From the NCBI RefSeq assembly GCF_009914755.1, contig NC_060931.1: a DNA stretch of 64,000 bases; one strand, written 5' to 3'. The position numbers were made by a program, and so were the translations under genes. The stretch's first letter is position 1, and every line of letters starts with the position of its first letter. The notes below the pieces were generated by a model. That model saw only the letters and a list, made by a program, of their open reading frames with translations, did no database searches and had not been told where the DNA came from. The stretch is from the human T2T-CHM13v2.0 reference genome, Homo sapiens. Shown one piece after another: positions 16,151 through 27,605 of the stretch.

Positions 16151-17565
16151 CCTCCCCGGTACCGCAGGTACCCTGGTACCCCACCTGCCCTTTCATCCCC
16201 ACCCCAGTACTTAGCCTTAGCACTGTTGCTTTCGTGTCATTTTCAGTTCTAGTCAGGAATTCCTTTCTTGCTTTCTGCCTTTGACCTGTGGAAATGTCTC
16301 CCAGCCCTGTGGGTCTGGCGGTCAGAGGGACCCCACAGGCCTGTGGTGCGGGAGCTCTGGGAGGTGTTACTATCTGCGTGGCTAAGGCACACACAGGCCT
16401 CCTTCTCCCCATCACCGTCTCCATGGGCGTTCAGGAACTTGCCCAGGTCAGGCACTGTGGATGTGAACTCGTGGAAAGGGAGGGAGAAAGGCTTTTTTAG
16501 GTGGGGCTATAGCCTCTGCCCTACCCACAGGGATTCCACATCAAGGTGCTGTTCCAGCACACATGCTTCCTGCGGCCTCTTCATCCTTGAAGAATCCCTC
16601 AGAGCAGGAGGCCATCCTGTGAGCAGCCGTGAGTGGGTCTCTGTGGGAGTAGTTCTGGAGCTGAGGTGGAAGCTAGGGGAAGCAACTCGCCCTCTCCACG
16701 TCAGCATCAGCGTGCTCCGAGGACACCGGCCAGTGCCTTCCTTAGGTGGTGGGAAAGGGGTGTCCCTGTGCAGCGGGGCCACTGAGAATGCTGTTTGTCA
16801 TAAAATTTGCACTACCCGATTTCTCAAGGGGCACAGGCCTGCTCCGTTCCCCTTTGTCAGCCAATGGCCAAGAAGGAAGAAGATGACTGCCATCTTATTC
16901 CTGAACTTCCTCATTCAGGACCCCCGTGGAAACACAGTGAGCATCCTTATCAGAGGCCCTGGCCCAGGCTGGCCCCTTTGCTTTGTTTGGAGAGGCTGGC
17001 TGAGTTTCAGCCCCTAGTGCTGGAGACCCCCTTGTTGGAGAGGCTTCCTGTTTATGCCTCACAAGAAGAAAAACCACAGGGCTCTGGGAGGGGAAGAAGC
17101 ATGCACTCCCGCTTTGGCTGGAGTCCCAGCGCTTGTCGCCACCCTCCTCCTTGCCTGTAGTCTTGACAGCATCCGTATGTACGTGTCCTGGCATTTCCCC
17201 TCCCTCTCCCTGATGACTGATACCCACCGGGTCTGACATTCCAAGTAACCAGTATGTAACTGGTAGTTTGATCCCAATAGCCATAGCGACTCCAGGTGGG
17301 AGTGAGGGAGCCCAGCCCCCTGTCCTGGAAGATACCTTAGAGTATGTGACCGCGCTCCAGACCCTTGCTTCTCTCTCCTGCAGAGGATGAGTTTCTAGGG
17401 TGCTAAGTACCTATCAGAACAGTGTGGAGGGGCGGGTCCCTCATACAGGTGTGTGCTTAGCCAAATACAGTAACTGTGACTGGCCCAGGGATGTTCTCTC
17501 CTCTATTTTCAAAGATGAAAGGAGGTTTTAAAAACCATGTTTGATTCCTAACCTTTTGCTACCTG

Positions 17566-17571
17566 AATAAA
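17566..17571 (+). terminator. poly(A) signal of ZNF862
   Basis: AATAAA followed about 25 nt later by a TG-rich tract. Confidence 0.7.
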
Positions 17572-18689
17572 GCAGAGTCTATTTCAACACATCTCTGTCT
17601 TGTGTGTCCCTAAGCGAGGACCAGGAGCTCAGAGAAGCTGACAGAACGAGCTCTGCTCTCACTCACGAGGGGACAGGGCCAGGAACAGAGGTGGGCAGGG
17701 GAAGTGCCTGTGTATTCACCTGATTTTTGTCTTTCAGTTTCTTTCCTCTCTAGTCCTTCAAAGTGAGCTCAATCATTTTTGCCAGTTAGAAGATAGAGAT
17801 GAGAGTTGGCTGTTTGGTGAGTTATAATTAAGGGCTTGGCTGCCTTTTCTGGAGTACTGCATAGTTTACAAAGTGCTTTCACATACATGATCTAATTTGG
17901 TTTACTGAACTTAGAAAGGTAGACTTTCAAGGAAAAAACATCGATTTCCACCAATAGTAAAAGCTACTGCATCAGACCTGTCACTCAACAGCGCTCCTTG
18001 AGGCCTAGCTCCTGAGATCCCTCTGGCGAGCCCTTGCGGCTCCACATCCTCGGGACGGCACGCTCCCACGGGACTGGAGCAAAGGTTTCAGAGACTCGGG
18101 ATACAGCCAGATCTCTTCGGTGAGGAGACTCAGTCTTACTCGAGTGTATGTGATTTTTAAAAAAGACATTGAAACAACTATGGAAGCAGAGGCAAAGGCA
18201 GCAAGGCTTTGGGTTTGCGACTGGGAATCCGTGCGGCCTCCCTTTGGTGAAGACCTGACCCCGTGGTGGGGGTGAACAGGGTTTCCTTGACCCCGTCCCA
18301 GGGTTCCCTTCAGGACAGATGGATTTCACTAGGGGAAGCGTGATGCTGGTAGCCTCCACTCTCAGGCTGGGCAGGGTAGGCTCCCAGGGAGGCAGCTCCC
18401 AGCGCAGCCTCTTCCATCACTCCGGCTGGAGCTAGAAGGAGAGAAGTGAGCTGAGGCTCTAGAAAGTGCTGCACTCCTGCCTTTCTTTTTCCCAAGGGTG
18501 CTCTTGACATCCGGAGTGCAGTCAGCAGGCCTTTCCGAGTGGGCTGGCTGCCTCAGATGCCTCAGTCCCTGTTGCTGGGGATGCTTCGGTGGGGCCTCCT
18601 CACTGTGGGCCTTCTCTTGGGTCAGTGTGATCCTCGTGTCCCTTCCCTGTGCCAGCGACACTCGTGGGCTTCACGTGGCTGGCCCCTGC

Positions 18690-19394
18690 TCCCAGGGCTC
18701 TTGAGATGCTGCCTCTGACTGCAGCTCCTGCCACACTGGCACCTGTGTGGCCGCTGCTCCCCTCTGCACCTGGGAATAGCTGCCCAGAGACTTCCTGTTT
18801 TGAACCTTTTGCCTTGCTCAGGCAGCCAGCAAGGGCCCTGGCACTCACAACAGAAGGGCCCTGCAGTGCTGCGGCTCTGCTGGCGGGCCAGGACAAGCTG
18901 TGGGGCGCAGACACACTGGGCACACTCCAGACAGGCACAGGGCCTCTGGGCAGTGAGTTTGCAAGTGTTTTGTGGTCCTGGATCATGCACAGGCTTCTTG
19001 GCAGCCAGGAGAGGCTGTCTCTGCATTTAGTGTGCACACCTGAAAGAGCGGCCCCTCACCCACTAGGCAGTGTCCTCCCACATCCCCAGGAGGGTCTTCC
19101 TGTGCCATCTGAGGTCCACTTAGTGGAAAGCCTTTGCCACACCAGGACACTTTCAGGACTACTCCCCCACGTGGCTGTGCTCATGGTGGCCAGGGCTGTA
19201 TGGCTCTTGAAGCTCTCCACACACTTGGCACAGATGGATGGCTTTTCCAGTGGAATCAAAAGGACTCAGGCATTCTGAGGCCAGTCTGGCCTTGGGGTTT
19301 TTCAGCTTCCCAGAAGCCTGCAGAATCGTTCTGGGGGGTTCCCAGTTGCCTCCAGAATCATCTTCAGTCTTGTTTCTGACTGTGTTACCAAATA
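18690..19394 (-). pseudogene. Decayed C2H2 zinc-finger exon
   Basis: tttcttccacag| acceptor at 19394. EKPSICAKCVESFKSHTAL(fs)HHEHSH-VGE*S*-KCP(fs)CGKGFPLSG(fs)LRWHRKT (19250-19090), then QRPCACLECAQ (~18950) and GEQRPHRCQCGRSCSQRQHLKS (~18760-18697). Confidence 0.8.
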
Positions 19395-20353
19395 CTGTGG
19401 AAGAAACTCAGATGTTAGCCTAGTGATGGGGACACACTTCTTTTGTTCAGTGTGACCTGCTCAGCCTCTAGCCCCCAGCCCCAGCGAGATGACGGATAAG
19501 GCAGCGTCCTGTGGATGCCAGAGCCGGGGCCAAGTGTGGGTCAGCATCCCAGCTCAGAGGAGCGGCCCAGTTTGTCTGAGAACACTGAAGTCCCAGAGCC
19601 CTGGGGAGGGGCTTCTGACCAGCACTCCTCCTGCTCTCATTCCAACACACACAAAGGGAATGTCCTGGTCCAGGGAGCCAGGGCTCTCTTGCTGCCATGT
19701 GAATAATTCCCTGTAGCAGCCACTGCTAGACAGCAAGCTTGGGAAGCCTTCTTATGCAGAAATCAAAGTCATTTTTATAAAAAGTGTCACAGAGTCCCTT
19801 ATGAAGACAGCTGGACAGAGCAGGAGCCGACCCTTCCCTGACTGCCCAGTTCAGTGAGCCCGGTAAAATATCTGCCGTCAGCAGCCTGCCATGAGGTGCA
19901 GTGAGGACCTTCTACTTCATCCCTCCAAGCTGAGTCGTATCATAAAATGCATACTTTATGTTCCTTCTGCCTGTAGAGAATCAGAAAGCACATGATGGAG
20001 GTTTCAGAAAAGGGCTTGTGAGATCGAGCATGTCAGAGCTGAAGATCTGTGTCTGTGAGACATGTCCTCCTGAAAGAGCACACATGAGCTGACATAGCCA
20101 CGGCGCCGGATTGCCCTCACTCTGATTGTCCCATCAGTGTAGCTTGTCTCAAGAGGTTTACACTGTGGCTGTGTTTCTCACAGGTTACCCAAACTCCTAT
20201 CATAAAGGCAGGAAACAGAAGTAAAAAACCTGAATCCAAACCACAGGAAGTGCTGTGGAGATACTGATTCGTGGGTTGATCAGAGCCCAGGAGGCACTAA
20301 AGGCTCAATGAACATGGTGATCTTTGTGCAAGAGATGTTCCATCAAGGCTTAC

Positions 20354-20463
20354 CTGGCTGGGTGGTAGCTTTTTGGCCTCTGTTGGGGGCTGGGAATCCT
20401 TCACCCAAAGCTCATGTTCCCTTTCAAGTCTACAAGTGATCTCTGGTTTGGCAGCAGCATGCA
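20354..20463 (-). pseudogene. Decayed KRAB-B exon
   Basis: tctttctccctacag|TG acceptor, CAG|gtaagc donor; (V)HAAAKPEITCRLEREHELWVKDSQPPTEAKKLPPSQ matches KRAB-B KPxxIxxLExxxExW. At 110 bp it is not a multiple of 3, which a phase 1-1 exon requires. Confidence 0.85.
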
Positions 20464-20863
20464 CTGTAGGGAGAAAGACAGCCCAGTGCCCCTCAACCCA
20501 CACTGAGCGCACATAGACCCGTGTCAGTCCTGAAGCCTGACTTGCACCACCCATTTAATGCCCTGGGCTCACCCTATCAATTTGGGACAGCGGGGGTAGG
20601 TTGTAAACCTAAGAGAGCTCCAGAAGTAGGCAGGGCCTGGCATACAGGTAGGGATGTTTATTTCAGGGCAACTTCAGGAGTGCCAAGGGCTGATAAAACA
20701 GTGCAATTGTCATAATATGTTTTCCCACTGCCAGGGCCCTTGAAGGAGAAACAGGCTCAACTAGTCACAGAGACAACCCTGCTCTGGGTCTAGTTCTCCC
20801 TGACCCCACAGGCCAGGAGTGCCCCTATTAGATGGCAAGCAAGCAAGGGGCCAAGGTCCTCAC

Positions 20864-20983
20864 CCAGCAAGACTCCCAGCTCCTAATTCCTTCTTATCAC
20901 ATCCTGGTATAATTCCTTCTACTCATGGCCACCAGAACAATGGGTGGAAGGTAGGTGGTTACATCATTAAATGTCACAGGCCT
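20864..20983 (-). pseudogene. Decayed KRAB-A exon
   Basis: Minus strand reads PVTFNDVTTYL (from 20980), a frameshift, then GHE*KELYQDVIRRN*ELGVLL-G|gtgag. TAG stops at 20919-21 and 20883-85; the phase-1 donor is intact; ~120 bp versus the usual 127. Confidence 0.85.
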
Positions 20984-22186
20984 TATTTGCAAAGACAGAG
21001 ACATCTGGAGCTGTTGTTCTCACCTCCGACACGTGCCCCGTCTGCAGAGAGCATTAGGATGCATCTGTGGCTCTGAGGTGTGATTTCCTAGGGCCTTCAA
21101 GTGTCCTGGGGCTCCTGTTCATTTGCACTGGGGGACACTCAGGGAAGTTTTAAAGAGCCTCTTTCAGTGGCTCCTTCTCCTTCTACCCTTTCTAGGAATT
21201 CATCAGCCCCATGAAAAGATGAACGATAGAGATGTCACCAACATCAGGACCCCACTCCCTGGGAGATGTCATGGAAACTTGTCAGTCACACCCAAAGCAC
21301 TCACTGAGGAGCCGTGGCAGAGCAGTCGGTGGCGCCAATACCAACCAGAAGCCGCCAGGGCAGAGGGGAACCGTGAAGCCAGCGGAATGCACAGCTCCAC
21401 CTCAGGGGACCGGGGTAGGCGGGGCTGTGTCTGGTAACATGCCCTTTGCCTCACATTAGTGCCTCTGAAAATAGTGTCCTCAGCCTGGGCACAAACCCTA
21501 GGGGTGAGCTGGGAGTGTGGAGGAGACGCTGGATTAGGGAGAAGTCTCGGCCATGTGTTCTGGCTCTTTTACTGATGAGCTGTGTGGGCCTAGGCAAGTT
21601 ACTTCACTTCTCTGGGCCTCAGTTTTATCACCTGTAAAGTGATAGGATTGCCTTAGCCTCTAAGATCCCTTTCAGCTAAAAACAAAGTTCTAGAAAATAA
21701 ATATGTGGTACTGTGGAACTCTGGGGAGCTGTTTGATCAGGTGAACAGTTTACCCATGGAAATGGGGCTCCAGCACAAAGCTGCTCACATCTTCCAGTCA
21801 CGCTCCAGGGAACAGCCAGGGCTTGTGGGCCCAGATGAGGCTTTAGTGGTTGGAGAAGGAGCCAGTTCCTGGTTTTAATCCCTTCATGGACCTCAGACCA
21901 TCACAAAGCTGCCAAACAAATGACATAGGCAATCACATGCAAATTAGGACAGAAATGAAACATCAAAGACATTAAAGGAAAAGAGTAAGAGCTGCAGGCT
22001 GCTAATATGAGTGGCTGCTCAGACTCAGCAATGTTTTTGGTTCTGGCCAAAGCCAAGACAAAGGAGCAGAGGCAAAGAAGGAAATACATTTCACTTTACA
22101 GCTGTCATTTTCTACAGAGGATTTTTTTTTTCCAGAACAAAATTCAAAAAGTCCGTCTTTTTTGAGCTATAGAACTTTCGTGGTGA

Positions 22187-22490
22187 TTTTTTTTTTTTTT
22201 TTTTGAGACGGAGTCTCACTCTATCCCCCAGGCTGGAGTGCAGGGGCACAATCTCGGCTCACTGCAAGTGCAAGCTCTGCCTCCCGGGTTCACGCCATTC
22301 TCCTTTCAGCCTCCAAAGTAGCTAGGACTACAGGTGCCCGCCACCATGCCCAGCTAATTTTTTTATATTTTTAGTAGAGACGGGGTTTCACCGTGTTAGC
22401 CAGGATGGTCTCGATCTCCTGACCTCGTGATCCGCCCGCCTCTGCCTCCCATAGTGCTGGGATTACAGGTGTGAGCCACTGCGCTCAGCC
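22187..22490 (-). mobile_element. AluY
   Basis: AluY diagnostics (gcaagctc..ttcacgccattctc; accgtgttagccaggatggtctcgatctc); TSD tcgtggtga. Confidence 0.93.
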
Positions 22491-23389
22491 CTCGTGGTGA
22501 TTTTTTGAAGGCCTGTATGGACATACTCTTAACTCTATCTCCTGGATGCCAAGTGCACCCTTATCCTAGGCCAGTGTTCTCAACAATGTACACACTCTGG
22601 ATGAGAAAAATAACCATTGTTTACAATCCAGCTAAAATCTCACCTCCTCCAGGGAGTCTTCCTGGATTTCTCCACCCTCTGAATTCTCATAATGGGCATT
22701 TGGCTACTTTGATCACAGGGCTCTTAGAACTGCGCTGTCCAGCATTATGATTTTACCAGAATATATCACTCCTCAACTACTTTAGAAACCCCTCGAAGGC
22801 TAGGATGGTATTTTATACCTAACAGTTTGGTGTCATCCCACGCCCACCTCCAACTTACATGAATGTTGGAAGGATGGATAGGGAGGTTTCAACTAGAGAA
22901 CGGAGAAGGGCGGATGTAACTGGTTCTTGATTTCAGAAAACAGCCAGGAGCACACATGGCTGACGGGGTCAGTGCAAGGACAGGCACATTTCCCTTCTGC
23001 ATCACGTGGGGACTGCGCCTCCCTATGTCATGAAGCCAGGGAATATGTGTGGCCGGCCGCTTGGGGTAGCACTTGTTGCTAGAGATACCGCCTGGAGGCC
23101 ACTGATCTGTAAAAGGGATCTCTACAGAAGATAGGGATTTTTGATCGCCAGAGAAGAAGGGATATGTGAGATCCAAACGCCGAAGGAGGAAAGCAGGCTC
23201 CGTGGTCTCTTCCAGCCCTGATGGAAGAAACTACCGAGCCTTATTATACTAGGTGCTTTCCACATGCCTATTCATTTAATCCTCCAGCAACCTTGTAAGA
23301 AGGGCCATCCCATTTTATATTTAAACAAACCTTAACTACTGACGCAAGGAGTCAAGGATCTAATCCCAAAGCCTCTGCCTGGTTCGCTG

Positions 23390-24420
23390 CAGATGGATGT
23401 CCGCGAGGACGCCAGCCCTCCGCCTCCCGCCGGGTCCCTGAACGCCGGCCCGGCCGGTCCAACCTCATTCCGCTTCCCGCCATCGAAACGCGAAGCCCCC
23501 GCCTTCCCCCAAACGTCTCAGCGCCGCTGGGGCCTTTCTGGCTGCGCCGCCTCCGACCCCAGGCCCCGGTCCGCGCCCGCCGCTCGCTAGTCCTGGGAGT
23601 GAGGAGAACGCGTGCTGAGGACCCGGCCAGAGGGACAGCGGGGACCGCCCTCCCGCTGCGTCTCTGAAAGCGAGGCCGTTCCTCCCGCGTCCGACCCCCG
23701 CGGGGCCGTCCGGTTCGGGGCGGCCCAGGCTGCGGGTCCGCAGGGCGCTTCGGGCCGAGCCGGCGCGGCGCGTGAAGGGCAGGGGACGCCCCGAAAGACC
23801 GCTGGGGTGGGACCCCAAGCTCCAGGGGTCTTTGGAAATAAGAATGCGGCGTGACGTTGGCTGTGCGGGCGCGGGGCTGACGCGGACCCTATAACCCATC
23901 GCCGAAACCGGGCGGCCGCGCCCCTATTCCTCGGCATTTCTCTCTGTCCGCGGCCCTGCTCAGCCAATCAGCGAGTGGGCTCCTAGGCAGGTCCTGAGTG
24001 ACAGCGCGGCGGGCTGGATCAGGAGATGCGCGTGCGCGGCCCGGCCCGGCTGATCGCTTCGGGTGCTCGACTCCTGTTGCGCATGCTCAGCGCGCTGCCC
24101 GGCTGGGGACCCGCGCACCTGCAGCGCCCGCTGCTCGGCCCTGCATCCTGCCTGGGCATCCTGCGCCCGGCCATGACGGCGCACTCATTCGCCCTCCCGG
24201 TCATCATCTTCACCACGTTCTGGGGCCTCGTCGGCATCGCCGGGCCCTGGTTCGTGCCGAAGGGACCCAACCGCGGGTAAGGAAAGCGCGCAGGCCCTGC
24301 AGACCTCTCCACCCCGGCCCCCTGGCCCGGCTCGCCCCTCCGCCCCGGGGCGGCGGCTTCCTGCTCTGCAGCGAGCGTCCGCAGGAGGGACGCCAGGACC
24401 CCGGACGCCACCTCTGAGGT
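23390..24420. promoter_or_regulatory. CpG island / bidirectional promoter of ATP6V0E2 and the antisense transcript
   Basis: Very high GC and CpG density; CCAAT box CAGCCAATCAG at 23961-23971; TGACG CRE half-sites at ~23852 and ~23878; GC boxes. Confidence 0.9.
24173..24276 (+). CDS. ATP6V0E2: ATP6V0E2 exon 1 CDS (V-ATPase V0 subunit e2)
   Basis: gccATGA start; [35 protein letters not shown]; GG|gtaagg donor. An in-frame upstream ATG lies at 24026. Confidence 0.96.
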
Positions 24421-24569
24421 CTCTCTGCACCTGGGTCTCTGACAGCCGGGAACAGGCAGGAGGTGGGGCGAGAGGGCATATCCAGAAGGTAAAGAGGAGA
24501 GTGACATTGGAGATGTCTGTCACCCCTCCTGCAGCCAGTAAAGGGCACAAGTGGGCACTGACGCAGTTT

Positions 24570-24740
24570 CTCCACTCCTTGCTAGCTGTGTGACCTAGAG
24601 CCAATATCAAGTCTCAGTTTCTTCATGGGTAAAATGGAGATAATGTCGACTCCTGCCTTAAAAGGCTGCTGTGAGGATGACCTGCGGTAACGCATTTAAA
24701 ACACCTACCAGTGCGTGACACTTTGTAGGTATGGGATAAG
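24570..24740. mobile_element. MIR fragment
   Basis: tagctgtgtgacct..tctcagtttcttcatgggtaaaatggagataat MIR core. Confidence 0.7.
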
Positions 24741-25704
24741 TTTAGCTGGCGTTATTTTTCGAAGGTCCTCTAGCAGATTGCTGCGCCATTCACCAGTTTC
24801 TGCTTCATATTATCTTCAGTTACAAAGCACCCTTCCCTTGACTGCATGTTCCCAGGGGCTGGAGTTTGTCCAGTTCACCATTGTCTACTCAGTGCCCAGC
24901 CAGGACTGGCACAACCTGCTTAGTAATGTTGAAAAAGGGATCGCGTGCTCCTGTGTCCAGCACCAGCTTGCAGTGCTTTAGATCAAAGATCAAGGGCCTC
25001 GTTTGGATTAGAGTTAGCTTTGCCCAAAGGCCGTTTGGACATGTGAGTGCTGCCTTTGTTCTTAAAGACAGGCAGGGTTTGGGATCCCACAGCTTCACTT
25101 TGTAAACCATTTTCGTGTCTTGCGTCTCCTGCTATTCTTGGTGAGTTCTTGCTTCAGTTTGACTGAAATTTCTTTTGCTGCACTTGAAGCATCTGTCTCT
25201 GGTCTTCTCTGAGTACACGCAAAGTGGCTAGTCCCTGTTCTCTTTGTAACAACTCACTGGGCCTCAGAACTGGCTCACAGTCTGCCTGCTTCTTGCCCTG
25301 TCTTCTAGCCTATTGTTTTCCTTCCCCTTGCTCCATGAATTTTGAATTCTACAGACCACTCCCTGTTGGGTTGCCACAAATGCAGCTCTGTGCAGTGCCT
25401 TTCCACAACACGTCTGCATTAAGATGGAGCAATATTGGGTGGTAGAGAAGGGAAATGAAGGGAAGGATTCTTAAGGCAACTTGGATGTGGTCAAGGTTGG
25501 CCTCTCTGTGAGGTGACACTTTCAGTTTTTATTTTCTGCCTTGCTATTCTTACCCTGAGTAGAACTCAGCCTCCTGTGTCCAGGAGGCATCAGGAAGGCC
25601 AATGGAAAAGAGCTCACACCAGGAGCTCTTCTTGCTCTGGTCCTGGCCAGGCCTTGTGAGGTGCTGGCTGCATTTGTTCTGACCCGTGTCCTCTTCTGCT
25701 GCAG

Positions 25705-25752
25705 AGTGATCATCACCATGCTGGTCGCCACCGCCGTCTGCTGTTACCTCTT
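25705..25752 (+). CDS. ATP6V0E2: ATP6V0E2 exon 2
   Basis: ctcttctgctgcag|A ... TT|gtaagt; VIITMLVATAVCCYL(F), 48 bp. Confidence 0.96.
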
Positions 25753-26202
25753 GTAAGTACTACTCTCCCCAGCTCAAAGTCAGCCAGTTCCTTTGTCCTC
25801 CCTCCTTTCCTCCTCACCCTAGCCTGCTCTTCCTTCTGTCCTGGTAGTAAATGCCTCTTCAAAGGCTGAACCTATAAAACAACAGGAGTGGAGGTGGTGT
25901 GGAATGGGAAAGAGAGCAGTGGGCCAGAAGTCATGAACCCTGGGCTCTGGATCTGGCTCTGCCCCCAGAGTTCTGGCCCCCATGGGCTGTAGTTTTCTCA
26001 CCTGGGCAAGGAAGGAGGCAGGCCACCTCAGTGCTGTCTGTGCCTGACTGGGTCACCTGGAGTGATTGTTCAAACACAGTTTTCAGGCTGCACCCTACAC
26101 CCATGAAATTACAACTCTCGAGATCTGCACTTGGGAATTCCTGTTGTTCATGAATGCCCCCAGGTGACTGGAATGCAGCCATCTTAGAACCACTAGGTGA
26201 GA

Positions 26203-26490
<288 letters not shown>

Positions 26491-27164
26491 GAACCACTAG
26501 GTGAGAGTAAGTCATCAAACTTGGGATAGGTACCCTGGGGATATAGAAGAACATTCCAAGGGACTTGAATCCCTGGAGAGTGTGAGGAAATCAGTTTGCA
26601 GATCCTCAGTGTCTATTGTTTAGTCTCTTGCTAAAACTGCCATTCACAATAGCCAATCCCTCTTTATTAAAAAAATTTTTTAAAAGGAAAAAGAAAAAGA
26701 CCCTGCCCCCGCATCCATCCCAAACCTGCGGTTACATTGCTCCATGTTTAGATGATCCTGGCTGCCAACCAAGAGATAAGTTCAAGTTCTAGTTTGTTGG
26801 GAGGCCTGTCTCATGGTTAATCAAGCTGCATTAAGGCTGTTGGGTTTCCCATCTTCCTATGTCTTGTACATTATTTTTATGGGTTAAGCTTGGCATCGTT
26901 GGGTGTTCTTAATTCAGAATAATCAAAACAGGACAGGTAAAGTGATGAGATGCTCATTCTTTAAGAGGTAACAGATTCTTTTGAAACAACTGGAGTATTT
27001 TCCAGGGTTGCCAAATTTTTCAAAATACATAGGACAAAACCCACTTTCAAAAAATTTACTTCATTGATTTCAGATTTGATGTTATCATAGTTAAAATTGT
27101 TTTATCTGATTAGGTCATGGATTCTTTATTCCTATTAACCAATTCTCTTAATTTACCTTATGTT

Positions 27165-27605
<441 letters not shown>

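Larger units (their letters stand above)
14483..17590 (+). other. ZNF862: ZNF862 3' UTR (~3.1 kb)
   Basis: Runs from the stop codon to the first AATAAA I found (17566-17571), followed by a GT/T-rich element (ctgtcttgtgtgt). The 3' end is estimated. Confidence 0.7.
17800..23970 (-). ncRNA. ATP6V0E2-AS1: Divergent antisense lncRNA locus (ATP6V0E2-AS1); boundaries approximate
   Basis: Locus recalled as lying head-to-head with ATP6V0E2. The sequence shows a shared CpG island and strong minus-strand splice sites at 20463/20354 and 19394. The ends cannot be determined from sequence. Confidence 0.55.

Noticed and set aside
16268-17017. 249-aa ORF in the ZNF862 3' UTR
   Set aside because: Non-ATG start, no recognisable domain, GC-rich UTR sequence.
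21024-21041. 18-bp minus-strand micro-exon upstream of the fossil KRAB-A (ctctctgcag|...|gtgaga)
   Set aside because: It would leave a ~40-nt intron, too short for splicing, and has no ATG. The first exon of the fossil gene could not be located.
23845-23860. CLEAR/TFEB element in the V-ATPase promoter
   Set aside because: GCGTGACG lacks the CACGTG core; no GTCACGTGAC-like site was seen in the island.
23465-24610. Multiple Pro/Arg/Gly-rich ORFs over the CpG island
   Set aside because: Stop-poor GC-rich sequence; only the ATP6V0E2 frame has family similarity.
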